Positions 10,237 through 23,809 of a stretch of 64,000 bases of DNA are shown piece after piece. Each line of letters begins with the position of its first letter. The first letter of the stretch is position 1. The notes beneath the pieces are model-generated. The model worked only from the letters and a program-made list of their open reading frames with translations, had not been told where the DNA came from and ran no database searches. Position numbers and translations under genes: made by a program. This DNA is from Eledone cirrhosa (taxonomy: Eukaryota), in contig OZ024754.1 of assembly GCA_964016885.1 (NCBI GenBank), positions 8,618,001 through 8,682,000 of the forward strand, written 5' to 3'.

Positions 10237-13200
10237 GCACTCACTCTCTCTTCTTACACACTCTCTTTCTCTCTCCCTCTTTTACATCCAACAGTATATT
10301 GACTGGCATATGTTTAATGAAGTTTCGGCTTTGCAGATCAATGACTTAATATCACATCTCAGGTGCAACCATCTTATTTTATGTATGTAATTAAAACATC
10401 AACCGTTTTGATACCAAATACCTGAAACAGCCACTGGTTCTACAATGCAAAGTTGTTTATTTTATTGTTTTTATATTTATCTAAGAACATTTGTTAAATC
10501 ATGTCCTAAACAATAGATTAATAATGAGAAGTTATTTTGAGGCCCATGCCCATCACGATGATAGATTTCAAGGTGATATATGGCTGGCCAATGTCTTTCA
10601 TCCAGAGGAGCACTTTATTATTGAGATGGACGCTGGCCTCAAAGGAACAAATTTGTGTGCTGCAATGGTTGACTGAGGACTCTGGAGCTCAAACTTTGTC
10701 AATGCCTCACTGCTGCCTGAAGGCATCAGATGATTCAAGTAGAAGAGTAGCTATTTTACTAAATCTTTCAAAAATTCTTGCTTTTTTTTTTTTTTATTAT
10801 TTATTTAAAGTCATAGGCTGTGTATTTCATTAAAAATATAGTAGCAAAGAGTATTAAATAAAAAAGTAGTTATAGTAATTGCTGTTAAACTGGATATCAC
10901 CCAGAATTGGTGACCACTACATAAACATACTCTGGCTGTTGTTGAGACTTGATTGAGCTGACCTATGATTGAGAGTATTCCAACCATGACCAACTTGTCT
11001 TTTTTATATATTCACAACTACATTTTCCAATGCACCATTTTCACTTTATTTTTTGGCTTTCAATCTGCAAGACCTTACACTAATCCCGACACATAGTTCC
11101 TCGTGCCAAGATGTCTGGCCCTCAAGAACTCCCCGCTCCTGCTCATGTCTTTCCAAAAAGCAGTGGATTTACAACAATTTAAGAGAAAAAAAAAATCAAT
11201 TGATCTCTCAGATCTCAGGGGACCTGTTGTGGCCAGGAGCAGTGTTCTCTTCCTGCAAACCTACCAAATATAATATAAGTAATGTGTGATTTAGCTGTAG
11301 TTTCTAGCAAGGTGAGTGACCATGCAGAGGCTTCTTCATCAGTTTGCAAAGAATCAATCTAAAAGTTCTCTATGCAGAGAACTTAACCAACCAATGTGGA
11401 AGCAGGCAGTAAAGAAGAGAGAACCAAATAAAGAACTTTCCCCACAACATTTGATAAGAAGGAATAATGTTAACAGCATCAAGTAAATAGCATTGAGATA
11501 TTCTAATTAAATTAGATAGAAGGTGTATTTAGGTTAGAATACAAAGATTAGTTAAGTACAAAGTACAGCTGTTTATATTAACACATTAAAACTATATAAA
11601 CTGATTCTGTTAAATCGATAAAACTTTTAACCTTTTGTGACCATATATCTGGCAAAATACAGAGTACATGTGGTTCAATTAAAAAAATATTTACATTTAA
11701 CCCTTTATATCCGACCAGAATGTTCTCTGTTCAAACCGCTGTTTATGTTAAGGTATTGTTCTCAAAATAAATAATATCAAAATCTCAGATTCAATATTAT
11801 GTGAGATAATTAGGTAAGGTAAAGCCTTTACCATGAAAATATAATAGTATATATAGAGAATTGTAAATGCTAAAGTGTTAAAACAAAAAGAAGAAAAAGA
11901 ATAAGCTTTATTCTTTAACAAATACACAGAACCTTGGACCACAACAATGTTTCTTTCCTATCTAGATAACTGATTTTCCTTCCAATTATTTTGTTGTTCA
12001 ATGAGAAAGATAATTAACAAGTTGGCAGTAATCGGAATTCCTTTTTTTATTCCTACCGCTAAAGTTCAAATTTTCTAAGATAAGGCTTCCAAACCGGGAA
12101 TAAATTTTGCCAATTTTGAAGGTAAAGTTGTTGATTCTGAATTTGTATACATGTTTTTAAAATTATGATTTAAAACCATCAGAAGTTCAGAAGAAAATTT
12201 GAAGATCTATTTGGTTTATTAAAATTCTAATTTCTTTTCTTTTTACTGTTTTGGACTTAACGATCTGTATTTTATACTTAATTACTGTATTACTAATGTA
12301 GTAGTCTAATTGAGAGGGGAATAAGTCTTTTAACAAATGAATAACAAAATAGAAAGAAAACACATCAACAAGGCAGTCTATCTACAAAATTTTACTCACA
12401 AGAGACTGAGGCTATAGAAGACATTTGCCCAAGGTGCCATATTGCAGGCTGAACACTAAACCATGTGGTTGTGAAGCAAACTCCCAAGGCAGTTTCAATC
12501 TACCAAATTTTACTCACAAAGCACTGAGGCTATAGTAGAAGACACTTGCCCAAGGTGCCACATTGCAGGCTGAACACCCATACCTAAATACTCAATTGGT
12601 GACCAGTAACTTTCTAATGTAAACATATTTTCACAGCTCTTTTTGTTGCACAATTAGATTTTTAACATTAGATAAGACCTTCGATTTTCTTTCAACAAAG
12701 TCTTTAAGTGAATGGATTCTGGTCCATTGTCTGATAACATTACAGATTACAGAGTGGCTTCATTTACTCTAAAGAGGGTGGAAAAAGTGTTATAGATGGT
12801 TGAATTTCTGAGGAGCAAAAAGGATTTTGTTTAGAGCTGAATGAGACAATAGGAGTTATGGGAGATTTATGTGTTCCAAGAGTAGAACACAGCTGGATAT
12901 TTTGGAGAAGCAGGGTGGTGGGTAACTTAGTAGATGAAGCATTATGGTAAGTAGAAGTTTGCCAATCAGATTGCGTCTTGTTTTCCATGCAGTCAACAGT
13001 GTTTATGTATATAGCTGCTGCACAATCTGAGATATATGATAGCATTCTAATGTAAGGGTTACACTTGTATGTTGCAGAGTCAGTAAGTGCTTGGACCTTC
13101 AAGTATTTTCCTGTATTGACTATATTAAAAATACACCCAAGATATAAAGTAACTGAAAATGTTTGATTCTTTCTTATCCTCATACAACGGCAAATACTTT

Positions 13201-14640
13201 ACAATTCTATCTATTTAGGGTGGGTAAAATTCCCGAGATCCTTAGAAGAGCTCTCTCCAGCAGTTTCTGTTCTTCGTCTTCAACACTATGTCCCGAATTT
13301 CCCAGAGTCCAACATGTCATCCTTGGTCTCCATCATAACTACTTTAAATTAGAGGTAAAGTAATTTATATGGGTCGTCATTGTCAACAACTCTTTTGTTC
13401 CTTCATATAGGCTAAATAAGGGTGGCGAATTGGCATAATCGTTAGAACGTCGGATAGAATGCTTTGCGGTATTCATTCAGGTTCTTTGCTCCGTGAGATA
13501 AAATTCCGCAGAGGAATTTTATTTCTTTTCTTTCAAATATTTACAACACGGAAAGAAAGCAAGAAAATGATATATATATTTTTTTACCATACGTAAATGG
13601 CACGAGTGAAATAAGGAATAGAGGGAAAATAAGAAATAATTCCGTTTAGCCATCTAGGGTAAACAGGGGAGATCACTCATCGATGCTATTTACACATTTT
13701 AATGAACGTGAAACACGGTTTTATGTAAATTTCAATAAATTTTATTAATTAATATGTTGCGTATGAAGACAAATGAAGTTCCTGGGTTTATATTATTGTT
13801 ATGAAAAGGTGGATTAGAGTAATACATCAGTAAAGAGAATAGCAAATATATACACAATAAAAACTAATTATATATATATATAAATCATTAACCTGTATAA
13901 GCAAGTTGTATTTTATTTTTTGTATTATTTTATGTAGTTTCATTTATACAAGTATCGAGTTTTGGCTCAAATTTTCAATCGATCGCTTGGGTACACATGT
14001 CCCAGACGGAATACGACAGTGTGAATACTGGCTCCTTACAATTATTCGTTCTTGGTAACTATAGTATTGGCTTCAATGTGTTTTTTTCTCTCAGGCCCAC
14101 TCCTATTTAGGGATTAACTGAGTCCTACATAATCTAAAACTTGATGCGGACAAAACTAGATGACCGAAGAGCAAATGAAAACATTGATATTTTTCACTCC
14201 TCGCGGAATTCTGTGATTTTTTTTTCTTCTTCTATATCTTAAGTATGGTCAGTTGGTACTCGGTGAGGGTAATTAGACTCATAGCAAGGTAGAGATGAAC
14301 CTCTTCTGGGTATCGATGCCTCCCAGATAGGCATCAATACAAGAAGCGATAGTTAAACTTGGTTCACTCCTCAAACCAGTGATTCTGAGTAAAAGGCGCC
14401 GCACACATCACAAGTGGACAAATTGGATATTGGTGGGGGGGAGGGGTTAAATATTTCTAAATTTTGCATTATATGTTTTAAACACCAAACGTGTTTTTTT
14501 TTTTGCTGTTTTTTATTGAAGTTGCAGAGAAAAAAGTTAAGAACCTTTTATGTAGTCTGTGGCGAAATGAGATGAGATAATTCGATTGGGGTAGCATTGA
14601 AAATCGAACTCGAAATAAAAAAATAAAAAATGAAAAATAA

Positions 14641-14730
14641 GAAGTCTAATGAGCTTTTGATTCCAGAGTCGCGCTCGATCGGCATAGATCGAACCTTGAG
14701 CTGATCAATCGCGAAACGCGCGTCGCACCT
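14641..14730 (+). ncRNA. Degenerate hammerhead of the long-stem-II family
   Basis: CTAATGA-gc...gc-GAAACGCGCGTC; the stem II insert is homologous to 4126-4186. Confidence 0.5.
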
Positions 14731-14947
14731 CATTAAATGTAATGAAAATTTGACACCTCATCCATATTATTATTATTATTATTATATATATAGGGAGAGA
14801 GGTAGACAGATAGATAGATAGGTGTGTATGTCATCTTCGTTTATTTCGAGATCTGTTGTCAAGAATTTCCTCCTTTTTTTTACGCCAAACATGTTTTTAT
14901 GTTGATGTGGCATCAAATCTTTTTATATCGTGGTAGATTATAAAGCA

Positions 14948-14999
<52 letters not shown>

Positions 15000-15022
15000 T
15001 AGGAAACACTGAGATAGTTGAA

Positions 15023-15066
<44 letters not shown>

Positions 15067-15105
15067 GATATTAACAAATGGAAACTATATTTATAAAACC
15101 ATATT

Positions 15106-15170
15106 TATTTCATTATACATATTTCAAGGACACCAAGTTAAATTATGGTGTGCTTTCATCAGACAAAATA
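15106..15170 (-). ncRNA. Type I hammerhead ribozyme motif
   Basis: tattttgt-CTGATGA-aagcacacca[10 nt]tggtgtcctt-GAAA-TATGTA-TA^atgaaata; 8-bp stem I and 9/10-bp stem II. Confidence 0.7.
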
Positions 15171-16704
15171 TAATATAGATCAGTTTTATAAATAAATATT
15201 GACATACCCTTAAAAAATGTAACCATTACTGTTGGAAGCTCCCGGATAGTTGCTGAGTGCTTTATATCAGTTATAAAAATATTTGCTTGTTGTATCCCAA
15301 AGAACTTTTGCATATATATATATATATATTTGTTATTCATCCTAACACCATTTAAAGTTTACATAAATATCCATCTATATATGGAAACGGTGTCAATGTC
15401 GAACAACAAATATTTTTTTTTTTTTTTTGTTTAATCTCAAGAAATTTTACATTAAATACGAAACCTATTTTATCTACAGGTATATAACTAAAACTAGACG
15501 ATATATCCCCTCGCCTATCCCACTTAATATCATTCCCCGCCCCCATCACGGTAAATAACAGTAACAATGAATTATTGACGTGTTATGTTGGAAACTATGA
15601 AAAGAGGCGTAACCGAATCCCAAGCTGATCGGTTGTTACACATTAAATACCATATACCTCTGCTCTCATTAACTCTAAACACAAATTAGAAGTATCACTT
15701 CCAAAATATCCATTAATCCATTCATTATATCGTTACTAAACACGAGTCAGTTTGTTCTATGAAAAAATTCGAGAGTCTTCTATTTATTATTTTATCTGCA
15801 AACATCAATACACGATTTGTATTCAGTAAATTACTTTTATAGGTTTTTTATATAAATATAGCTTCACATGTTTTGTTATTAAAATATTTGAAATAATTAT
15901 TATAAAGAGATCATAAAAAAACAACGAAACAAGCTTGCTGAACAAGTGTATATTGTGTGACTTACGGTGACAGTTGTATGGTTGAATGTCATTTAACTTG
16001 AGAGTAAATAATAATAACGATAATTAAAAGAAATGTATCAGACAATTAGATGATGGAATATTTCATACAAATCATATAAATGTAAATAAAACAAGATAAA
16101 CATTTAATAAAAGTGTTAAATAAATATGTCGGGAAGACAAGGGGGAAGAAACGAGATGTGACATATGCTGCTATCAGCAGAGCAGTTATTTAGCTCAGAT
16201 TATATAGAGCAGGTTATAAGATGGAGTGAAGAAGCTAATTTAATTATGAAAAATGGAATCTGTGTGAAATGATTCTAACCTACCAGCAGAACCCGTCAGC
16301 CTCAGTATATAGGAGTAAATGCCGACAGTTGAGGCAATCCGAAGGTGGTGCCCGTCGTTCTGATTACTTCGCTGGCATACAGGAAATTAGCCTAGACCAG
16401 CATGCAACGCTATGCTCTCATTTCCGGTTTACATCTTTTATTTTTAAAAATCCTTTTTAATTTATCATCTTTACTGAAAATCTCCGTCGTTTTTATTATA
16501 CATTACAAAATAGTTTTTATACCTGGTTTTCTTTTAATTAAAATATGATATAATGTGAAACTACTCACATTTACTAAAATGGCGTTCTATTTTGCTATAG
16601 CCATGTAAATAGTTGATATATCTAGCTTGTTAGACATGAAACTATAACATTACATAATGGCACAGTTAGATGGGGAGGGGAAGATGTGAGTGTATTTATT
16701 ATAT

Positions 16705-17413
16705 GCAGACCTGCCAACCTCTAAAAATCGAAACGGGGTGTACTATGAGAAAAACATGGTGTAAAATTGGGGAGATTTTACATAACAGTTTCTGATTTAG
16801 GCACAAGGCTAACAATTTTGGGGTGGGGAAAGTCGATTAAATCGAACCAGTACGTTACTGGTACATTATTTTATCGACCAACGTAAGGATGAAAGGTAAA
16901 TCTAACCTCGGCAGGATTTGCCTTTATCCATACAGGGTCAATAAAATAAAGATTTTACACAATGAAAGCTATAACCATTTTCACAAGAGAAGACATCTCT
17001 CACCCACCCCAAAGTGGAAGAGTTGACAGGTCTGTATATGTAAAGGAATTCCTAGGGTGTTATGCAAATGCTTCATGGTCTCTCTGAACAAAATAGCGAG
17101 TGAAATGTGCTGTTGAAAGAGCCAGTCCACCCAACAGGGATGGTTCTTGCGGATAACCATCTCCACCCCAATTGGAGGGAAGAGGGCGCTTCTTTGGGTA
17201 CCAGATACGATGTCAGAAACAGGTGGATGTTTCATTTTGAAACTATGGTAGACCTGTCAACTCTTCCCGTCGAACGGGGAGATCTCCCACCCACTTTGAG
17301 GTGGGTGAGAGATGTCTTCTCTTGTGAAAATGGGTATAGCTTTCTATGTAAACTCTCCCCATTTTGCTTCATTTCTGCCACTTTTTTGGATTTTTAGAGG
17401 TTGGCAGGTCTGC
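16705..17413. mobile_element. Foldback / non-autonomous DNA transposon with 25-bp perfect TIRs and a nested SINE
   Basis: GCAGACCTGCCAACCTCTAAAAATC at 16705-16729 with its reverse complement at 17389-17413; both ends flanked by TAT. Confidence 0.8.
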
Positions 17414-17599
17414 TATGGGGATTGAATAACTCTAATGTGGATTATTTATTATAATTTTACTGGTGACTGTTGATTAACTAATAATTTCATAATTTATAGC
17501 AGAAATTAACCAGAGAAAAATACTCAATTACACTACAACAAGGAATGCTGGTGTTTCCCTTTAAACATTTTTGAAGCAAGCCAAGACATGTCAATACCA

Positions 17600-17895
17600 T
17601 GGATAATAGCAAGACTAGGTATTGAAATAGCCAAGCACCCTCACCAGGAGCATCATCTGAAACTTTACTAAGACCAGGTGATAGCAATGCTAAGGCAGTG
17701 AAATAGCCAAGTACCCTCACTAGGAACATCACCTGAACTTCAGTAAGCCCAGGTGATAGCAAGGCTAAACAGTGAAATAGCTAGGCACCCTCACTAGGAG
17801 CATTGCCTGATACTTCAGTTTGGCCAGGTGATGGCAAGGCTAAGGCAATGGAATAGCCAAGTATCCTCACTGGGAGCATCACCTGATACTTCAAT
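17600..17895. repeat. About 75-bp diverged tandem repeat, about 4 copies
   Basis: gaaatagccaag.accctcac.agg at 17624, 17700, 17774 and about 17850. Confidence 0.85.
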
Positions 17896-18071
17896 AAAAC
17901 AAGCCACAAAATCCTCAATATCAGCAACCCAACAAAAAATAGATTTTGTCTATAATTTATGATATTTCAGTATTTTATTCCACCAGGCTATGGATGTAGT
18001 GATCCGTCCCAATGAATTTATTAACATTATCACTTTATTTTCTTTCCTATTTCTTCCCAATCTTTTGTTAA

Positions 18072-18279
18072 CCCTTTAACATTTAAACCGGCCATATCCG
18101 GCCAGAATTTTCTCACCGCTTTCTGTTCAAACCGGCTGTAATCTGCTGCCCATATTGATGTTAAGGTATTGTTCTAAAAAAAAATTATAACAAAATCTCA
18201 TAGAGTTGATATTATGTAAGATTAAGACTTTGCCGTGAAAATATAATAGTAAATGTAGAGCAATGTGAATACTAAAGGG
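18072..18279. mobile_element. piggyBac-like MITE (TTAA|CCCTTTA...TAAAGGG|TTAA)
   Basis: Terminal inverted repeats with TTAA flanks; copies at 7179-7527 (SINE B tail nested), 11701-11877, 32840-33049, about 43577-43790, and a partial copy near 39360-39535. Confidence 0.8.
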
Positions 18280-18956
18280 TTAAGGCATGAAACACATAGT
18301 AGAGGAGGATGTGGTTGTGATGAAACTGTTATGTTCACATTAACAAATATTAATCGACTTTCCCCTTCTCCAAAAAATTGTTGGCCTTATGCCTAAATCA
18401 GAAACCACTATTTTCATCATTTCAGTAAGTATGGGAGACAACTCCAGACATGTTTTGAGCTTATGAGAAAACCTCCACTAGAGAGCAGGATTGTCGATAT
18501 TTGTGAAAATAGTGACAAAAGAATTACAAAGATGTTACAATGTTGTACATGTGTAGGTATGAAGGGCAGTTGATTTGCCAAGGTCATTAGAGCCTTGGAT
18601 ATTTATTCCAGGTCTCTCAGCTCTGAGTTCAAATCCTGCCGAGATCCACTTTGCTTTTTATCGGGGTCTATAAAGAAAGTATCAGCTCATTGCTGATGCA
18701 ACCTTCTTTCTTTCCAGATGTCAAATTCTGGGTATTTCACTGGATCAAAGGAGGAAGAGCCTAGAAGGGGTTTGTATCTGATCACAAGTGTACAGGCAAC
18801 TAAACCTTTTAGTGGAAGCATGGTATATACTACCAAATCCTACTTGATTGTGAGTTAGTAGGTGCGATAATTTACATATTAAAACAAATCACTGAGGTTA
18901 ATTACTTACTCAGAGATGCAATCTTCATGAGAGTAATAATTAAATTAGTCTTAACA

Positions 18957-19168
18957 TATGAGGGTTGTTTGAAAAGTTTATAGGCTGACTACAATGGAGT
19001 GATGCTAGAGTTGTGAAGTCTTGCATTAATTTCAACTGCATTGTTTCTTTCTAGGGACAATGTTGAAAAATAAACCTCATTTGGTCATTCAATGAGAGTA
19101 TCTCGGTAAGCCTATGAAGGATTGATGCTAGAGCTGTGAAATCTTGCATGCATTAATGTCAACTGTTG
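18957..19168 (+). mobile_element. Mariner/Tc1-like terminal fragments
   Basis: TA-TGAGGGTTGTTTGAAAAGTTTATAGGCTGAC start; similar sequence at 32625-32710; internal partial duplication. Confidence 0.45.
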
Positions 19169-20170
19169 AAGAACAGAGTGAGCTGCTTTCAGCATACTTT
19201 GAAAGGGGATGCAAGAAATGAGTTTGAGGGAGAGATGCCAAGATGGATTGAGGAGGGCATATTAATCCCTTGGAAAGTGGAAATACAGAGTGAAATGTTG
19301 CCATTAATGGCTGCAGTGCAACAAACAATGAACAAGGTAAGACAAGTGCTGGACTTTCGTGAACTGAATGAACACGTGTCATGCTACACAGATGGCGAGG
19401 TTACAGATGTCAGTGAGGAAACCTTGTGAGAGTGGAGACAAATGACGGAGGCCTCCACGACTGTAAACTTAAAATCGGCATATCTGCAGCTCATGTAGCT
19501 GAGAAACTGTGTAAGTATCAACAGGTCAGGTATGAGGGCCAGACATACTGCCTGACCAGGCTGGGGTTTGGGTTGAATTCGGCATCAAAGATCATAGTGA
19601 CGGTCCTCAAGGTCATTCTGGGGAAGGTGGACAAGGTGAAGAGGGTCAGCAATTCCTACATCGAGGATATCTTGGTAAATGAGACCGTGGTGTCGGCAGC
19701 AGAGGTCTCAAGCCACCTAGGATGGTATGGGTAAATGAGACCATGGCGTCAGGAGCAGAAGTCTCAAGCCCCCTAGGATGGTATGGGTAAACGAGACCGT
19801 GGCGTCGGCAGCAGAAGTCTCAAGCCCCCTAGGATGGTATGGGTAAACGAGACCGTGGCGTCGGCAGCAGAAGTCTCAAGCCCCCTAGGATGGTATGGGT
19901 AAACGAGACCGTGGCGTCGGCAGCTGAGGTCTCAAGCCCCCTAGAATGGTAGGGGTTAACTACAAAATCGCCAGCGGTGATGGAAGGAGGAACTGCACTG
20001 GGAAGAGACAAGACACAAGGTATTTTGGAGAGGAAATGAAGTCCCAGAATTAAGCAGAGACAGACCAGAACTTTTCTCAATGTGTGGGAAATTGGTGCAA
20101 CCACATCAATGGGGCCGAATTCGATGCTGTGCTGAAGGGAGTGAATGTCACCCTGAGATGATGGCTGCAC
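19166..20170 (+). pseudogene. Degenerate LTR-retrotransposon (Gypsy-like) reverse transcriptase fragment
   Basis: KVRQVLDFRELN, YCLTRLGFGLNSA and SYIEDILV (decayed YIDD) motifs across frameshifts. Confidence 0.8.
19674..19955. repeat. 56-bp tandem repeat, 5 copies, inside the RT relic
   Basis: ggtaaa.gagacc at 19674, 19730, 19786, 19842 and 19898. Confidence 0.9.
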
Positions 20171-21251
20171 ACTATAGCGATATATACTGACGGGAAGATG
20201 TGTCGGGCTTCAGCCCTTCTTCAGGAGTACAAAAATAGAGACAGGATGACAAAGGAAAGATACAGAAAATAAAAAAAAGTCCAAATAAAAAAAAAACGAA
20301 AAATATGCGTGTGTGGTGTGCGTGTGCGTATGCGTGTGTGTCTGTGATATAACACAAGCATTCCCTGACGTAGTATGTATGTAGGTGTGTGTGTGTGCAG
20401 GTAGTTTCACTGTATTTTCTTTCTGACTCATTTTTATTGATTTTTTTCATTTGATGATTTGCAAATCATATTCATTATCGAAATTGTGTTTATCAATAAA
20501 AAAAAAAATAAGAAAAAAAAAAGAAATATCACTTTTATATATATTTTAAAAAGAATATCATATATATTTAAACAATAATAATTAAAGGTTTTTCCCGACA
20601 TAAACTCGAGTAAATACGATAATTATAATAACATCTGTTAGTGTTAATGGTCCAAGTTTGAACCTTACATCAATATAATTCAATGATGTAATGTGTTGTG
20701 AGATTGTTTTTTTTTTTCTTCTCCTCATGAATGATTTTAAACCGGATGTTGTTCCGGTTTGTAATCTGTCTCCTCAAAGAAACTCATCTGTCATCGTGGA
20801 TATTCTTTTACCATAACGCATAATTTAAGTGAAGCGTTGTAAGTTGGATATTTTCTCTAAAATTTCTTTACCCCTCCGTCTATTATTACCTGTCAGTTTC
20901 TATTTAATCCGGCATCTGTTGGCTGGTTAAGCAGTGTCGTTGCTTCTATAAATGGCTGACTCCCGACTTCTAAGCTGACTGCTTGTTTTGTCGTGAAATA
21001 CAACTTGTTAGTCAGTAAATGACCAAATGGCTTAATATATCTATATTATTGAATGTTTATATATCGTGTTACACTTGTATTCGATCTTTATTTATGGAGG
21101 AGGATACATGAGTGTTGCCATCTCGCGAAATATCATTTTCAAACCGGTATGGTATATGACTATCTATTTGTTTGTATGTTTATCTATCTGTCGATCTATC
21201 TGTCTATCTATCTATCTAGCTAGCTATATTATTTATGTGTGTAATTCTAAG

Positions 21252-21283
<32 letters not shown>

Positions 21284-21423
21284 CGAAGCAATAGCTGGAA
21301 CTTCGAAGTCACTCTCACTTTTCTCTTTAATAAATCCTGCACACTGCTCACATGTATGAAATGAAATGCTAATTCTGTTAATGTTTGAATGTGTTAAGTA
21401 CTGGCATTTTAAAACTACTTTAG

Positions 21424-23151
21424 TATATATACATATATATATATATACACAGGTATATATATATACACACAGGTATATATATATATACACAGGTATATAT
21501 ATATATATACACAGGTATATATATATATATACACAGGTATATATATATATATATACACAGGTATATATATACACACAGGTATATATATATACACAGGTAT
21601 ATATATATATATACACAGGTATATATATATATATACACAGGTATATATATATATATACACAGATATATATATATATATACACAGATATATATATATATAC
21701 ACAGATATATATATATATACACAGATATATATATATATACACAGATATATATATATACACAGATATATATATATATACAGGTATATATATATATACAGGT
21801 ATATATACACAGGTATATATATACCTGTGTATATATATACCTGTGTATATATATACCTGTGTATATATATACCTGTGTATATATATACCTGTGTATATAT
21901 ATACCTGTGTATATATATACCTGTGTATATATATACCTGTGTATATATATACCTGTGTATATATATACCTGTGTATATATATACCTGTGTATATATATAC
22001 CTGTGTATATATATACCTGTGTATATATATATATACCTGTGTATATATATATATACCTGTGTATATATATATATATACCTGTGTATATATATATACCTGT
22101 GTATATATATATACCTGTGTATATATATATACCTGTGTATATATATATACCTGTCTATATATATACCTGTGTATATATATACCTGTGTATGTATATATAT
22201 ACCTGTGTATGTATATATATACCTGTGTATATATATATATACCTGTGTATATATATATATACCTGTGTATATATATATATACCTGTGTATATATATATAT
22301 ACCTGTGTATATATATATATACCTGTGTATATATATATACCTGTGTATATATATATACCTGTGTATATATATATACCTGTGTATATATATATACCTGTGT
22401 ATATATATATGTGTATATATATATATATGTGTATATATATGTGTATATATATATATATGTGTATATATATGTGTATATATATATATGTGTATATATGTGT
22501 ATATATATATATATGTGTATATATATGTGTATATATATATATGTGTATATATATGTGTATATATATATATATGTGTATATATATGTGTATATATATATAT
22601 ATGTGTATATATATGTGTATATATATATATATATGTGTATATATATATATGTGTATATATATATATGTGTATATATATATATGTGTATATATATATGTGT
22701 ATATATATATATATGTGTATATATGTATATATATGTGTATATATATATATATGTGTATATATATATATATGTGTGTGTATATATATATATATGTGTATAT
22801 ATATATATATATATGTGTATATATATATATATATATGTGTATATATATATATATATATGTGTATATATATATATATATATGTGTATATATATATATATAT
22901 ATGTGTATATATATATATATATATATGTGTATATATATATATATATATGTGTATATATATATATATATATGTGTATATATATATATATATATGTGTATAT
23001 ATATATATATATGTGTATATATATATATATATATGTGTATATATATATATATGTGTGTATATATATATATATGTGTGTATATATATATATATGTGTGTAT
23101 ATATATATATATGTGTATATTATATATTATATATATATGTGTATATATATA

Positions 23152-23184
<33 letters not shown>

Positions 23185-23221
23185 GTGTGTATATATATAT
23201 ATATATGTGTGTATATATATA

Positions 23222-23278
<57 letters not shown>

Positions 23279-23321
23279 GTGTATATATATATATATATAT
23301 ATGTGTGTATATATATATATA

Positions 23322-23352
<31 letters not shown>

Positions 23353-23809
23353 GTGTGTATATATATATATATATATGTGTATATATATATATATATATGT
23401 GTGTATATATATATATATATATGTGTGTATATATATATATATATGTGTATATATATATATATATATGTGTATATATATATATATATATGTGTATATATAT
23501 ATATATATGTGTATATATATATATATATATGTGTATAATATATATATATGTGTGTATATATATATATATATGTGTGTATATATATATATATATGTGTGTA
23601 TATATATATATATATATGTGTGTATATATATATATATATGTGTATATATATATATATATATGTGTATATATATATATATGTGTATGTATATATATATATA
23701 TGTGTATGTATATATATATATATGTGTATGTATATATATATATATATATATGTGTATGTATATATATATATATATATGTGTATGTATATATATATATTAT
23801 ATGTGTATG
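21424..23809. repeat. TA-rich micro/minisatellite (ACAGGT / ACCTGT / TGTG cores) running into the assembly gap
   Basis: Directly visible; explains all the YIYI-type ORFs. Confidence 0.95.
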
